Shown here one piece after another: positions 61,701 to 64,000 of a DNA stretch of 64,000 nucleotides. The DNA comes from Eledone cirrhosa (taxonomy: Eukaryota), in contig OZ024740.1 in assembly GCA_964016885.1 (NCBI GenBank), positions 401,450,001 to 401,514,000 of the forward strand, read 5' to 3'. How positions within the stretch are numbered: the stretch's first letter is position 1; each line of letters starts with the position of its first letter. A program made the position numbers and the translations under genes. Under the pieces are notes generated by a model. The model saw only the letters and a list, made by a program, of their open reading frames with translations. It ran no database searches and was not told the origin of the DNA.

Positions 61701-64000
61701 AGAACACTATGTAGAATCAGTACAGTAGAGAACACTATGTAGAATCAGTACAACATAGAACACTATGTAGAATCAGTACAACATAGAACACTATGTAGAA
61801 TCAGTACAACATAGAACAATATGTAGAATCAGTACAACATAGAACACCATGTAGAATCAACTCAACATAGAACATTACGTAGAATCAGTACAACAGAGAA
61901 CACTATGTAGAATCAGTATAACATAGAACACTATGTAGAATCAGTACAGTATAGAACACTATGTAGAATCAATACAACATAGAACACTATGTATAATCAG
62001 TACAGTATAGACCATTAAGTAGAATCACTAAAACATTGAACACTATGTAGAATCAACACAACATAGAACACTATGTAGAATCAGTACAACATAGAACACT
62101 ATGTAGAATCAGTACAACATAGAACACTATGTAGAATCAGCACAGCATAGAACACTATGTAGAATCAGTACAGTATAGAACACTATGTATAATCAGTACA
62201 ACATAGAACACTATGTAGAATCAGTACAGTATAGAACACTATGTAGGATCAGTACAATATAGAACACTATGTATAATCAGTGCAGTATAGACCACTATGT
62301 AGAATCACTAAAACATTGAACACTATGTAGAATCAACACAACATAGAACACTATATAGAATCAGTACACTATAGAACACTATGTAGATTCAGTACAACAT
62401 AGAACACTATTTAGAATCAGCACAACATAGATCACTATGTAGAATCAATACAACATAGAACACTATGTAGAATCAGTACAACAGAGAACACTATGTAGAA
62501 TCAGTACAGTATAGAACACTATGTAGAATCAGTATGACATAGAACATTATGTATAATCAGTACATCATAGAACACTATTTAGAATCAGTACAGTATAGAA
62601 CACTATGTAGAATGAGTACAGTATAGAACACTATGTAGAATCAGTACATTATAGAACACTATGTAGAATATGTGCATCATAGAACACTATGTATAATCAG
62701 TACAGTAGAGAACACTATGTAGAATCAGTACAGTAGAGAACACTATGTAGAATCAGTACAGTATAGACTACTATGTAGAATCAGTACAACATAGAACACT
62801 ATGTAGAATCAGTACAGTATAGAACACTATGTAGAATCAATACAACATAGAACACTATGTAGAATTAGTACAGTATAGAACACTATGTAAATGCAGTACA
62901 ACATAGAACACTATGTAGAATCAGTACAACATAGAACACTATGTAGAATCACTAAAACATTGAACACTATGTAGAATCAATATAACATAGAACACTATGT
63001 AGAATTAGTACAGTATAGAACACTATGTAGAATCAGTACAACATAGAACACTATGTAGAATCAGTACATCATAGAACACTATGTAGAATCAGTACAACAT
63101 AGAACACTATGAAGAATCAGCACAACATAGAACACTATGTAGAATCAACAAAACATAGAACACTATGTAGAATCAGTACAGTAGAGAGCACTATGTAGAA
63201 TCAGTACAACATAGAACACTATGTAGAATCAGTACAATATAGAAAACTATGTAGAATCATTACAGTATAGAACACTATGTAGAATCAGTACAGTATAGAA
63301 CACTATGTATAATCAGTACAACATAGAACACTATGTATAATCTGTACTGTATAGAACACTATGTAGTATCAGTACAACATAGAACACTATGTAGAATCAG
63401 TACCACATAGAACACTATGTAGATTCAGTACAGTATAGAACACTATGTAGAATCAGTACAACATAGAACATTATGTAGAAAAAGTAGATCATAGAACACT
63501 ATGTAGAATCAGTACATTATAGAACACTATGTAGAATATGTGCATCATACAACACTATGTATAATCAGTACAGTAGAGAACACTATGTAGAATCAGTACA
63601 GTAGAGAGCACTATGTAGAATCAGTACAGTATAGACTACTGCGCAGAATCAGTACAGTATAGAACACTATGTAGAATCAGTACAGTATAGAACACTATGT
63701 AGAATCAATACAACATAGAACACTATGTAGAATTAGTACAGTATAGAACACTATGTAAATGCAGTACAACATAGAACACTATGTAGAATCAGTACAACAT
63801 AGAACACTATGTAGAATCAGCACAGCATAGAACACTATGTAGTATCAATATAACATAGAACACTATGTAGAATTAGTACAGTATAGAACACTATGTAGAA
63901 TCAGTACAACATAGAACACTATGTAGAATCAGTACATCATAGAACACTATGTAGAATCAGTACAGTATAGAATACTATGTAGAATCAGTACAGTATAGAA
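43750..64000. repeat. Large HOR domain: ~6.2-7.5-kb super-unit in about 3 copies (starts ~43.75, 53.25 and 60.53 kb) with an extra 3,249-bp internal tandem duplication
   Basis: ATGACATAG at 45481, 54974 and 62534 (offsets 9,493 and 7,560). ACGACCACTAAG at 48121, 51370 and 57614 (offsets 3,249 and 6,244 = 223x28). ATGTAAATGC at 43761, 50005, 53254 and 60534, among other sites. Confidence 0.85.

Larger units (their letters stand above)
1..64000. repeat. Satellite DNA: tandem array of a 28-bp monomer, consensus ATAGAACACTATGTAGAATCAGTACA(GT/AC), about 2,280 head-to-tail copies, running off both window ends
   Basis: GAACACTATGTAGAATCAG recurs every 28 bp from start to end. Monomers differ by point substitutions and rare indels (27-, 29-, 30-, 31-bp and truncated units). 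No non-repeat sequence or orientation switch was seen. Confidence 0.98.

Noticed and set aside
1-64000. CRISPR array (28-bp repeat with a short palindrome)
   Set aside because: The repeats abut with no unique spacers, the variable part is only point variants, and there are no cas genes or leader.
1-64000. Giant repetitive protein gene on either strand
   Set aside because: 28 is not a multiple of 3 and each monomer has TAG motifs, so + strand frames close within a few monomers. The ORF track shows nothing on the - strand.
1-64000. Telomerase-type telomeric repeat (long yeast-like unit)
   Set aside because: There is no G-rich strand. Variants are inherited in kb-scale duplicated blocks, which indicates recombinational amplification rather than templated addition.

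Overview
The whole 64-kb window is one uninterrupted, single-orientation tandem array (satellite DNA) of an AT-rich 28-bp monomer, consensus ATAGAACACTATGTAGAATCAGTACA(GT/AC), about 2,280 copies and about 32% GC. I see no unique sequence, gene, RNA gene, transposon or CRISPR array, and the one ORF called is a repeat artefact. It is most likely eukaryotic heterochromatic satellite (inference); the organism cannot be assigned from the sequence. The structure of interest lies in the variant monomers. They define nested higher-order repeats (HORs): a 4,622-bp 165-mer in about 3 copies (itself a 78-mer plus an 87-mer), a 2,576-bp 92-mer in 2 copies, and 3.2-9.5-kb duplications in the right third. 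They also define at least three variant-subfamily domains, microhomology deletions and stepwise mutation series. Each monomer junction contains a quasi-palindrome (ACATAG-AACA-CTATGT) whose main dimorphism (AC/GT) changes hairpin pairing. Offsets were read by eye from diagnostic variants and block boundaries are approximate. I found no evidence of a new protein-coding system.
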